Positions 1 through 11,921 of a stretch of DNA of 64,000 nt are shown here, one piece after another. The stretch is from Lingula anatina (lineage: Eukaryota; Animalia; Brachiopoda): assembly GCA_051362555.1 (NCBI GenBank), contig CM120649.1, positions 16,010,567 to 16,074,566 of the forward strand, given 5' to 3'. A program made the translations under genes and the position numbers. Under the pieces are notes generated by a model. That model did not search any database and was not told the origin of the DNA. It saw nothing but the letters and a program-made list of their open reading frames with translations. Each line of letters opens with the position of its first letter. Position 1 is the first letter of the stretch.

Positions 1-1127
1 CCAATTAAATAATTGTCGTTCGTAGATAGCTCCAACACCATAGGGGCTCTCGCTGAAAGCAATTAAACACCGTAGCTCATTCAATATCTATCGATATCTT
101 TATAAATGCTCATTTCGTCAGTTAGGGGATCTCTGCTTCGAGATTAAAAACAGCTTGGTTTCAGGTACTACATATAGTATTTGTGAACGAATTTTAAAAA
201 TTCACATCAAATATAAAGCTCACCAGCGGTTATAAATGAAGTCAGGGGAGTACGCGAAGATGCTGATTTACGAAAGAAAATCTGCACTTTTTATTAAATT
301 GACCCTTTTTATCTCACAAAGTGCTCCCTTCAGCATATTTGTTTGTCTTCTGCCTCTCACTTGTCCTCTCACTGTTTATTCATAATCTCATACTTTGTGA
401 AAATTATAATATAAAACAGCGTGTTTTTATGAAATACTCCTGTTAGTTTTCTAAAAAAAAGAAACTACAGGTACTACTACTACCACTACTACGTAAAGGC
501 GTCGTTTAAACAACAAAGTGGTTTTATATATACTGACTATTTATATGATAAAAGCTACTGTGCTACCAAACAGAAACTGATCCCTGGTTAAATGAGTTCC
601 AAGTGATATTAATGAACCTTGGCCATTCAAGTGGCACCGACGTACGTAACCCCGTGACACAGAGACAGACACAACTTGACACATTTCAGGTGGACAAATA
701 AATACTTTGTGACCATGCGGCCTTTGGCAACTCCTAGAGAAAGATACTTTTTGTGTATTTTGCCTATAGTGTTTGGATTTAATATATCTGTATCCATAAT
801 CAATTTTCGTCGTCAGTACCTTAACTCTTCGTACCGGTGTAAAAGGAACGGTAGTCCTAGGAATGGAAATCCAGGGTCCCCTATGATTAGTACATGTTAG
901 GTTAGCTGAAGTATAGGGGTAAGTGTATGGGCAGAATTTCACATTATAAAGTAATGGGGAACGGACTACTGTTCCTAGCGATCTGCCATTCCTGTCACAC
1001 CGGTATGTAATTGTCTTGAACCAGTGACATAGCGTCGTTTACATGCACCTTTCACCTATCAGGCTTAAGATATGAAAGCTTCGGTAATCATATACTATCG
1101 AACTTCTAAAATGAATAAAATGTCATC

Positions 1128-2560
1128 CTAAGGCAACATCCCTTCCAATTTCCTTTTGATTCTTTCGATTTCACCTTTTTCATACGCCACTTGTTTGAAG
1201 TATGCTACATAGAGGGCGATGTTTCCCACCAAAACAGTTCCTATGACAACTCCAAGTACGATTTCATAGACCATAGCGTCCTTCAACTTTTGCAGGTCGG
1301 ATTCCTTTTCACCACTTGGGGTCCAGTACGGATTGTCGCCTTAAATTGTACAATAAAGGCGCTTTAACAGTTATTCTACAATACATTCAAATGACATACT
1401 AGACCATGAGAAGTTTTTTTTAGCTTATTTGCTTTACTATCAAGTATCTAAACCAGACCATGGTTCTAGCATAAATGAGCTAAAATAATCATAAGGGTGA
1501 AGGGTTTCTTGATTTCAAGGGACGTCAGAGTCTCTAACCACAGAGGATTTTATCTGTTTGGTTTGGTTTTATCTTTATCTGAAAAACTTCTAAGGGAAAT
1601 GAAAAAAGAACTGAAACTGAGCACATTGGAAGATGCACTTACCCTTTAGGAACATAAAGGAACCAACTGTCATAAATGGATTGAAGGTTGTAAAGCCAGT
1701 TGTTAAACTCCTAAATTGTGTTGAAGTTGAAGGCAATGAGCTCCTAAAAAACCTGGTAGTTGGGAAAAACGTTCTTGTGGACACTCCTGTAGTTTGAGCT
1801 GAAGTTGAAGGTAATGGGCTCCTAAAAAGCCTGGTAGTTGGAAAAAACGTTCTTGTGAACACTCCTGTACTTTGAGGTGGAGTTGAAGGCAATGGGCTCC
1901 TAAAAAATCTGGTGGTTGGAAGAAACGTTCTTGTGAACACCCCTGTAGTTTGAGGAGGAGTCTGCGTAACCAGTCTTGTAGTCGGAAGAATTGTCTGTCG
2001 AGGCAGAAGAATGATGAATCTGTCAGACATTCCCTTTTCTCCTTTCATTCCAAAGAATGGAAGGCCTTTAGCTCCCTGCATTCCCTTCTCCCCCGGACGT
2101 CCAACAGACCCTGGAAGTCCTTGCTGACCTGGATCCCCTGCCATGCCCTTCATCCCCTTCATGCCTTGCACTGAGTCACCTGGTGGCCCTTGGTTTCCCG
2201 GAAGTCCTATAAAATAAAGCTTGGAAGCATTAGTACATAAAGACAATATGTTAAAGAGGTTCAGTCAACCTCAAAAAGGGAATGTTATCGGATCTAAATT
2301 ATTGAAAACGTGTTTGGGAAATTAATCATAAATCGTTTACAATTTAGGGTCTTTATAATTGTCCAAATAATGTCAAATTTGTTTTAAAATAGTAAAATCA
2401 TTACATTGTGAATTCACAGTGAAACAATTTTATAGTGCTCGCTGTGCTTAAACTGATGTGCAACTTTTCAATGATATTTGATTGTGATACTTAACCTACC
2501 TTTTTGTTTTATTAGTAAAGTATTAGTGTATTGCTTTTAAGTATTAGCTTATTGTGTGTG

Positions 2561-2612
<52 letters not shown>

Positions 2613-5600
2613 TGTGAATGTGTGTGTATTTCAAAATGTACATTCCTTCAGTACAAGCTGGTATAGAATCACTCCCTTTTCGTTACTTTATTATTGTTTA
2701 TTGGTCATTGCTATGGAATGCTATATCATTGGTTTTAAGACAATTTTAATATCAAACAATAATTGTATTTTTAATTTTCGAAATATTCCATTTTTTTACT
2801 AAGGGTATAAACATATAACTACCCTGTATGCTTAAGACAGGTGATAATCAATATATCCTTCTATAAATTCAGCCACTATGAAATTATATGAACCCATGAT
2901 CTTATGTCAACTAGGAACAAGACAACATCAACAAATCTGCATGCATAGATCGCGGCCGTGATTTAATCAACGAGAGCATTCAAATGTGATAATCTCCCCA
3001 TGTGAACCATTTCTTCCTATGCATGCATATTACTATATAAAAAACAAACATTCCCTCTTACCTTTCGGTCCGGCTGTTCCTGGTGGTCCTCCAGTCCCGG
3101 TTAGTCCAGCAGGCCCTATTAACCCTGGTGGACCAGCAGTTCCAGCAGCACCAACTGCCCCTTTAGGTCCACTTAGTCCTGGGGGTCCACCTGTCCCTGG
3201 GGGTCCTGCTGCTCCTTGGGGACCAACTGTTCCTGGTGGCCCACTGGTGCCTTGTGGTCCACCTGTTCCTGGAGGGCCACCGCTCCCGGGTGGGCCACCT
3301 GAGCCATTAGGCCCGTGAGTTCCAGGTTGACCGCCAGTTCCCTGTGGTCCGGCAGTTCCAGTACCACCCTTCAGTCCGGGTGGTCCACCAGTTCCTGTTG
3401 GCCCTGCTTCACCGCCAGGGCCACTAGTGCCTGGGGGGCCATCAAGGCCAACAGGTCCTGATGTACCTGGAGGACCCCCTGACCCAGATGTCCCTGCTGT
3501 CCCTGGGGGTCCTCCCGTTCCTGGTGGTCCTTGCGTGCCAGGAGGCCCTCCAGTACCAGAAGGTCCTTCGGTTCCGGGAGGACCACCCGATCCTGGCGGA
3601 CCCCCTGTTCCTGAAGGTCCTTCTGTTCCGGGGGGTCCGTTTGAACCTGGCGGCCCGCTTGTCCCTGGAGGTCCACTGGTCCCTGGTGGTGCTCCAGTAC
3701 CCGGTGGCCCACTACTTCCGGGTGGTCCCATGGTTCCAGGTGGTCCACCTGTTGCTGGAGGACCACCCGTTCCAGGAGGACCGCTGGTTGCAGGAGGACC
3801 GCCTGTTCCCGGTGGACCACTTGTTCCCTGTGGGCCCCCTGTGCCAGTAGGCCCTCCTGTCCCTGGTGGGCCTGCAGTGCCAGATGGACCTCCCGTTCCC
3901 GGAGGTCCACTGGTTCCTGGGGGTCCACTGGTTCCCGGTGGTCCGCCTGTTCCTGGTGGGCCCGCAGTAGCTATCAAATATTTCATGAGTATGTATAAAA
4001 CAGCAAATTACGTTTTTGAATTGACGGTTCCAGAATGTTATTTTCAATAGAAATAAAAAAAAATACTGAGTAAATAAATTGCACAAAATTACCTTTCCAG
4101 CAAAAACAATTTAAAATCTCAATGAATCACGTACACACATTCGATCTCGTGCTTTTTACCTTCTTCATAACAAATTACAATTAATTACGGGCACTCAAGC
4201 TTTAAGTTCACTACATAAAATGTTATAAGGTAACATCGCAATACCTGTAAAGCACAACAAATTTTATGCAAATAGCAGTACGACAGCCACAGTCCCAACA
4301 GTAATTACCTATCTGTGACGCCCTGCAGACAAATCTCCTCGTTTCAGTGCAATCGCGATCTTGCCAGTCGTTTGCGCCGCCCGTCCGAATAACGACGCAG
4401 TTCTCGCCAGCTCCATCCGGTTCATTATTACTCCATTGAAAATAATCAACTGTAGTTCCATCGGTCCATGTGTACATACCCTCCATTCCTTCGTCAGTCA
4501 GGCCTATCCAGGAGACAGGTCCTCCGCCCCTACAGGAAGGTGAATAATACTTCGTATTATGGTCGTCGTAGTAGCCTACATGGTTTCCTTATCCACCAAT
4601 AGGCTGGACCTCAACTCACACCTTACATTAATTACAACTGTTATGGTCTGTTTTGTCGTTGATAATTGGGTGCAGCAAGTAACCATATTTTTTTTCTAAA
4701 ACAAGTTGTTTTTTGGTTTAGAAGACAGGGATTGCAAAATTGTGAAATGATACCCAGGTAATAACTACCCAGGAAAAAGCACGAATTCTTTGTGTAACGT
4801 TTCGTTCACATTTTAAGCTTTAACTGCTGACACATAGCACCTTAAGGCTTATCCAGATAGCGAACGTTGGGCCAGTGTCGGCATACCGACATCTTGCCAA
4901 CTTCGGACCGACATTATTCCTCTTTTAGTGGTCAGTCAGTGGTAGGCCAAACATAGGCCTACCATCTTTTTGCAGTTGGGCTATAATGTGGCAATATGCG
5001 CGCTATACTTTCCCCTCTGTTGTCTTTGTATTTTATTACATAGAATATTTAAATTCTCCACTGTTTCAATTTTTTGACGAGACTTATGCTAATGCCACCA
5101 GTGTTTTGACAGTCGTGCTGGGAATGCTAATGCAGTGACAGCTCAGTGTACATGTCTTCTCCGCTAACACAATTGTATCAAGTACTCAAGGCCTGCCGTT
5201 CCCAATACCCATCTTCCAAACAACTCAATGTGTGATACTGTTTCATTTAGAATCGTGTACTGTATTCGTCTCTTACACAAATCAATGTATATGTATCAAC
5301 AATGATTATTTATTTTGGCACAAGCATTTCAAATAACATAAAAGACATCTTTGCTTGTCCATTGGGACAGTGGTCAAGGTTAAAGGTTTGATGTCATGGT
5401 TATTACGATGATACTCTGCTCTATGTGTTGAGAACTAAATTTACCTTTGTGGACATTCTGCTAAATGCATATTTATGTTATAATTGCTTTTGCTGTTTTT
5501 TCTTCACTTTTACCCTAGGTTGCAGTAATTTGATTTATTCAAAACATAGGTAGGTTACAATAATTATTTTTCTCAGTTAATTCTATTCAGCCTGAAAGAA

Positions 5601-7640
5601 CTTAGAACAGCCATTTACCACAAAAGCATTTGTTACCTTCCACGCCATCCGATGTTTCATTTGATTAAAGTCATAATAACTCTTCATTTTGGCCAAAAAT
5701 TGGATTTTCCTGGAGTAAACGGCAATTTTCCCGTACTTACCAATGGTCAGCGACCCCATTCCTGCATTCAAAGTTAATCCAGGGTTTTTTTCCTAAACGT
5801 ACGGTTTTTTGTTAAAATCTCTTAAGAGATTTTAACTGACGGAGCTCTCTCTGACATCGCATAGTCACTGTTGACCTACTTAAAACCGCGGGAAAAGCAG
5901 ACAACAACAACACTATATAAGATTCATGAGATATATTCGTCTTTTTGTTAAAAATACATTAATATCCACAATGTGTGCCGTTCTGGGCTTTTTGTTATCC
6001 GACGCACTGTACAAAAACTCGCAACTTACGTCTGCGTCCGCATTAATGCGTTTGGCGCCATATGTTATTTTGGTCTCGAATGAACGCGAGAATCCGCGTG
6101 ACACCATTACGTCATTAGCAACGAATGCCTTGATGAAAGCTTCGAAAGCCCTATTGACAAGCACAGATTTTAGTTTTACTACAATAACGGCCGTTTTAGT
6201 GGTAAAATACAATAGAATATATTTCCATGCGTTGTTTACAATGTATTTCATGCGGAATTTTGAATCTCAAAGGAAGAGTTATTATTGCTTTAATTGTCCT
6301 CGCGATTGGCCTCATTGGAGGGTTACATAAGAAGTTCCACTGTAGCCTGACAGAGAATCCGACATGACAGAGAGTCCGCTTCATGTTCATAGGTAAGCCT
6401 CTCCCTAGATTTTGGCCAACTTATATAGGTCAGGCTATAACCCTAACCATTATAACTAAATGGAGGGAGTTCTTTCTGTTATACGGATCTTCAGTTTCAT
6501 TATACCGGGTTGGCACCAACAACACGCGCCTTTCTTCAACCTTATCACCTTGCCAGACTGAAGCTATTTGGGGTTTTGGACACCCCTGAAGTAATCATGC
6601 AACGACTGCCCTGATATGAGCCCTTACTATGGTGTGATTTTCCCGCATGCCCTGCAGGGACTCCACGCCTAGCTGTCTGTTATATTTTGGGAGAGTTTAG
6701 GGAAGCATTGGGTATAGTGTTTGGTACTCGCATATCACATCCGATAAGCTCTTTTACTTGGTCACCTTGGGTTTTAACACTTGTTTGGTAATGGCTGTGC
6801 GTCATGGGCACATCACCCCAAGAACGGATAGTAAATACAAACGTTACACGTTTACATTAGCCTCATACATGTAGTTCTGCGTTCATTTTACTAGCATGAG
6901 TAGTGTAATAACTTACAGTATGTTATCACCAATAAAAGTATTCTCGGCTGCACTGTGAATGCTGGCTAGATGTCCAGTTTCAAACGTGTTACAGAATGCC
7001 TCAGCGGCCGTGAAGGTTAACATCATGTCGACATAAAGGTAGCAAAAACCGTTCGCTGGATTTAATGTCCAATCAGTGAGGCAATCTGAAATGAAGACAA
7101 AAAGGAATTACTATATACTTGAATATACACAGTGAAACGAACTTAAATGAGAACAATTAAAATTTCATATAGACATGCATTCTTGGGCGTCGGTTCATGA
7201 AGTTGACAAAAGTGAATAAAGTGAAGCACAAGAAAATGCAAAAGACGAGGAAGCCACAGAAAAATAAACCGAGACTTAATTGACTTGTTTTAAACTGGTT
7301 CTTATTTGATATACATGGAACCCATAAGTTCATTAGCAATACAGCTATAAACGTGCACCTGCAGAAAGCTGACTAAACTTTATTTAAACTAGTTCTTACC
7401 TGATCTACACGGAACCCAGAAGGTTATCGACAATACAGCTATAAACGTGCACCTACAGAAAAAAAGAGAATTATCATTTGAAACGCACGGTAATGTTCGA
7501 TAATGGTAATAGTCGTTTTTTAATGAAGATATTTGCCAAAAGCTACCCAAAAACTGTTTACGGTGAAATTTTAACCTTTAGGGTTATGCTTTCTCAAACA
7601 ATGCTTCTTGTATCAAAATGCAGAATTACCTCCAGTCCAT
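1128..7640 (-). CDS. Type I membrane protein with signal peptide, C-type lectin domain, collagen triple-helix region, Thr-rich stalk and TM helix (paralog A, ~712 aa)
   Basis: Exons (minus): 7630-7640 (MDWR), 7400-7452 ([17 protein letters not shown], signal peptide), 6917-7085 (CLTDW...FCY...AEAFC...HLASIHS), 4309-4529 (WIGL...EPD...ENC...WQD.DC...FVC), 3062-3970 (~100 Gly-X-Y), 1643-2206 (Gly-X-Y then Thr-rich repeats), 1128-1339 ([28 protein letters not shown]). All introns GT-AG, phases consistent, total 2139 nt; exon structure identical to the paralog at 16786-21112. Confidence 0.88.
1719..1952 (-). repeat. Coding 78-bp (26-aa) tandem repeat x3 in the stalk of paralog A
   Basis: [26 protein letters not shown] / [26 protein letters not shown] / [26 protein letters not shown]; nucleotide period 78. 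Confidence 0.9.
2554..2628. repeat. (GT)n/(GCGT)n microsatellite
   Basis: Read directly; intronic. Confidence 0.95.
5669..6289. mobile_element. TTAA-flanked MITE family A, long (~620 bp) copy, Kolobok-like
   Basis: TTAA flanks, TIR core ATAATAACTCTTC...GAAGAGTTATTAT; both arms match copies at 27635 and 48451 but the middle differs. Confidence 0.7.
7306..7358 (-). pseudogene. Tandem duplicate of the signal-peptide exon of paralog A with a dead splice donor
   Basis: Copy offset 94 bp from exon 7400-7452; intact CAG acceptor, encodes [17 protein letters not shown], but is followed by ATAAG instead of GTAAG. Confidence 0.75.
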
Positions 7641-8360
7641 ATCGAAAGTTTTGCATAAAACACACTCTAGAACAACTCACATTTAATCATAAAAACTCTC
7701 CCGTATATAATGACTGTCAACGCTTGTCATATTCATATCGTAAAAACGTCACGTGCTATGATTGGTCGACACGCGTGTGCTCTTTCAATTCCCAACCTAT
7801 TGTGTTCGTTTCGCCTGGTGGCGACATATTTGACGAGCCTCAAGTTGACGATGGGATGTTTGAAATATGTGATACTACCGTACCGTAGGCATATCTCTCT
7901 GCCAGAGTTATTTGAAGAAAAGGGCGCACCACATTTACTAGTCAATGGGCTAAGCAGTAAAATGATTGCATGTAGATTAAATTTGATAAAAATTAGAAAA
8001 AAAAAGCTTGTGCATTCAGCATATCGTCTTTTCAGTCTTTATTGGCACTTATAAAGATAAGATTTGGGTGGGTATATATGGCAACCTATAGGACTTGACT
8101 AGGGCTGCCTATAAGACAGAAGTCACAAAGCCCGATCTCTGTTACCCCCCTTTTCAGTGTTTTACGTATATCATTAAGTAAGGTTAATGATTGACCAAGC
8201 CCACCCAGTCTGCTCTTGATTTCTATGTTCATTATCACATATCAGAATAGGTTCCCACCCCAAGGCAAAATAGGTCAGAATACCGGTAGGTCTAAGGAAA
8301 GACCCCAACACAAAGTAGAATATTGTAGGGGAGGTTCCCAGCCTAAAGCAGATCGGGTTT

Positions 8361-8399
<39 letters not shown>

Positions 8400-9035
8400 C
8401 CAGCACAAGGCAGAACAGGTGTTAAAGGGGTTGTGTGTTAATCACTCCGTTCTTTTGTCCCTTTCATCTCCCTTTCGGTCCAGCAATAAAAAGACTGATC
8501 TGACTCTCAATAGAACATCCTCAGCAAGAACAATTAGTGCCATATATCAGCTGGATATAAACATATGGAAAGTAACATACTGTAACAGGTGTTCGCTTGT
8601 TCTTGTGTAGCTTTTGTGAATGCTTTCGTCAATTCTTTTTTCTGCAGATCACGGCACGCATGCGCAATCAACGCATTTTCGCTGTCGTGACTGGATGCCT
8701 ACTTCCGTAGCGCGGGAAGCCGTGTAGATTCGTCGGTATGTCGTCTGCCTAACCTGAAATGGTAGAGCAACTGCCTAGATCAGAATGAAACACGCATAAT
8801 ATAGTTTGCGCATGCGTGTCTGTGGAAAAGTGAATGCATGCCTGAAGGAACGCAACGCCATGCCCCAAGTAAAACCAGTTTTAATCTCTGGGTAAATTGC
8901 CTTAAGTCTTAGAAAATGCTAATACAGGTGTTCTTATTTCATAATGTCTCATATCCATAATAGTAGTATTATATTTCATTGTATTTGTAATAAAAAAAGT
9001 AAAACTACATTCTTTTGGTAGCAATACTTGAATGA

Positions 9036-9088
<53 letters not shown>
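9036..9088. repeat. (ATT)n microsatellite
   Basis: Read directly. Confidence 0.95.
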
Positions 9089-9089
<1 letters not shown>

Positions 9090-10418
9090 GAGGCTATTCC
9101 CCTGCCGTCTACAAGGATTTGAATTGAGGAAACCGTCCCAACAGTAAAATACCTTCTAAAATGAGACCCTGTAATAGTAGAATAACTGAAACTGTAAATC
9201 CCTGTCTTATGTCTTTTTAAAGTACGCGTATCTTTAATCACCCTGCCAGCTAATAAGCAGCATCGTACATCATTTTGATATACATATATTCTGCAATGAA
9301 ATTACGAAAATCGTCTGTCAGACAAGAAATAAAATTAAAATTAATGAAAATACCAAAAACAGCCGCCATAGTAATCTCTATCAACAGCTATTTCATCTAG
9401 CTCATAGTGAACACTGATTTGTATACAATTAAGTCATAAAACCTTGCATCAGAGACCAGGTGGTGTAAAATTTCATGGCTCTGAATGCTTTGGAAATATG
9501 AGACTGTAATATAAAATTTAATATCAGTTTAATTTACGACTTATATGGCTTTTTCATATAAGACCTCTCGTGGGTAGATATGTTTTTATATGGAAAACTA
9601 TGATAATGGCTGGTCTCTTGGTTTGTGTGTGTGTGTGTGTGTGTTAATGATAACCTAGCAAAGCTTCGTTGCCAATTCTAAATGTTTAATAGGAAACACA
9701 GTGCTGGTTTTGTTTTAAATATCATGGGATTTTGATACAATCTTTCCTTACGCTAGCTTATGTTCTTGAAATACCCGAATAAGTATAAAATAGCATTGCA
9801 TCTTTCCAGCAATGTGTATTATAACGTTTCCTGTTTTACTAAAAAGCAACTGATATGTTACTACTGAGACATTAAAAGTGATAGTAGCCTCTAATGATAT
9901 TTCAAACAATCGTATCTACTTAATATTGCCATGGGGTCGTAATAGACCCTACCAGGTAAATGTTGCATACTACAGTACGCTCTTTAGACTTTACACAACG
10001 TACATAAGGAATTAAGGACTACAAACGAGGACAACCGAAGATGATGCTTCTGTAGTCAAATATTCCTCTCTTAAATATTATTGCTTTTTTTTAAATATTC
10101 CTCCCTTTCCTAAACAAAGAAAAATGGAATATTTATGTGAATTTTATCATACTGTGTGGTTTTGATTATTAAATAATTGTGTGCCTGTTGTGGAAATAGC
10201 ATTAAACGTTTTGCATAACTGACTCTCGCGCTTTCGGGTGCTTTAATTTGCATTCATCTGTAATAAACTTTTTCCGTTACCAAGGAATAAAATTCCTCTA
10301 GGAATTTGACGGTTTGAAGTGCCATCTCCTCTGAATACTATATCCGTGTGGAGCTTTGTTTTATATGCATCATTATAGGGGTTATTACGTGCATTTTCAG
10401 AGGGACCTTTTCAGACTC

Positions 10419-10578
10419 GGTTCCCATCCCTAGATCGATCTAACAGGATCGGTCCATCTCCACGTGGTTTCTCGCTAAATTGCTTTCGGCTAAAGGGGCT
10501 TAGATGTCTCGGACGCCTACTAAAGCTGCTAAACGATAGTTAATTACCCCCTATCAGCTTCAGTAGGCGTGACAGACT
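10419..10578. mobile_element. Palindromic MITE-like family B (TAGATCGATC-containing), partial copy
   Basis: Aligns by eye with 49580-49810, 42535-42745 and 50140-50257 (shared TAGATCGATC, GCTAAATTGCTTTC, TTACCCCC..CAGCT..GTAGGCG motifs). Confidence 0.65.
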
Positions 10579-11331
10579 TCTTATCAACATCGGCATAAAA
10601 CTGCTGTCGAAACAAAAACTGGGTTCATTGTGAAAGTATGTGTCCATTAATTGAAAAAGAATGTCGGACTGTTGTCTGGGTCGTCGATTGCATGCGGTTG
10701 TATTTTATTTGAGTGGCAATTTACTGACGTTTATATTGATTTACATCGATCGCGCGCTGTCTGTGTGGAGTGATGCGTGAATTAAAATTATTGGTTTTAT
10801 ACTGATTCTATCCATATAGTTTGAAACATTCTACCGATATGCATAATGGTGAACTGGAATGGTACTAAAAGAGCAGGTTTCAATGCAAGTGATAGTCATC
10901 AGCTCAGCAAAATGGTTACCACATGTGCCTCGTACCTTCGAGAAACAGTGTTCAGTTTCCGTGCTTCAAGCGTTGTACTGATTTGCCCCTCATAACATAA
11001 TCATCAAAATGTCGCACCGCTTTAACCGTCGTAAATGTCACTTTTTTCACTATGGAACTTAAATTAATAACCGCTTTATACTATACTACTTAACTTCATA
11101 TAAAACCCCTGCAAAAGAAACGTGAATAATATTTCAAAAGCTTAAAATATGCATGCAGTAGATAACATGGTCTGGCAAGATAAACATTACTCGAACATTT
11201 ACTAGTATTTCAAGATTCATATAAAAACTTTCAAAGCTGATTTAAACAAATGACAACATTGAAATAATTCTGCTTGAAACGCTCTTAACTGTATACAGAG
11301 GTACGCATTGTTACCATCCCTTCTTCTAGGT

Positions 11332-11363
<32 letters not shown>

Positions 11364-11734
11364 AAAGTCCCTTTCTACATGTTATATGCCTGAATAATAT
11401 CTACTTGGTGGAGTTCACAGACGCAATTTCTACAGTGCCTCATTAAAATCACAATTAACATTTTAATCATACTGCTTTGTAACATATTTATTTTTATGCA
11501 GTTCTACATTAACAAATAAAGTATCTTGCCAGTTTGACACAGAGAAAGGCATTTGCACATGCCTTTGGAAGACCTTTGTTCATTCGCCATTTATGTACAG
11601 GTCTTTGGCTGATTGCTCATCATGTCGTCAGGACAACTACAAAAGTGCAATCATTTCGTCTCAAGATGGCCCTCCCCTTGCCATTTTTTCCGGATCAAAA
11701 TGGCACTTCCAGTTAACCACTGGAGAGCAACCCA

Positions 11735-11878
11735 TCATGACAATGACAACAATTATTAATAATGCATGCAGCCAATACAACCATATGTCTCCAAAACAAC
11801 GAAATTAAATTACCTTTACGTTTCACAGGACCACGGTATATATCAGAGAACATGAAGATCAGGAAGACAGGCTTGTAT

Positions 11879-11921
<43 letters not shown>

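Noticed and set aside
541-942. 133-aa ORF downstream of paralog A
   Set aside because: Non-ATG start, no recognisable domain or splice structure; probably 3' flank.
3173-3928. Alternative-frame ORFs rich in D, Q, E, L, V over the collagen exons (also 18901-19206)
   Set aside because: Shifted-frame readings of the same repeat.
2986-4050. Long plus-strand ORFs of (GGPPVP)n opposite the collagen exon (also 18797-19546 on minus)
   Set aside because: Antisense shadows: GGN/CCN-rich collagen codons keep the opposite strand open; no independent splice or start support.
5913-6330. Overlapping ORFs of 112 and 134 aa on both strands
   Set aside because: Lie inside a MITE within an intron; no transposase motif.
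7478-8054. 136-aa and 114-aa plus-strand ORFs
   Set aside because: Overlap the first exon and promoter of paralog A on the other strand; no homology recognised.
8362-8398. Long poly-G runs (also ~44954-44974, 50478-50518)
   Set aside because: Simple homopolymers of unreliable length; no supportable function.
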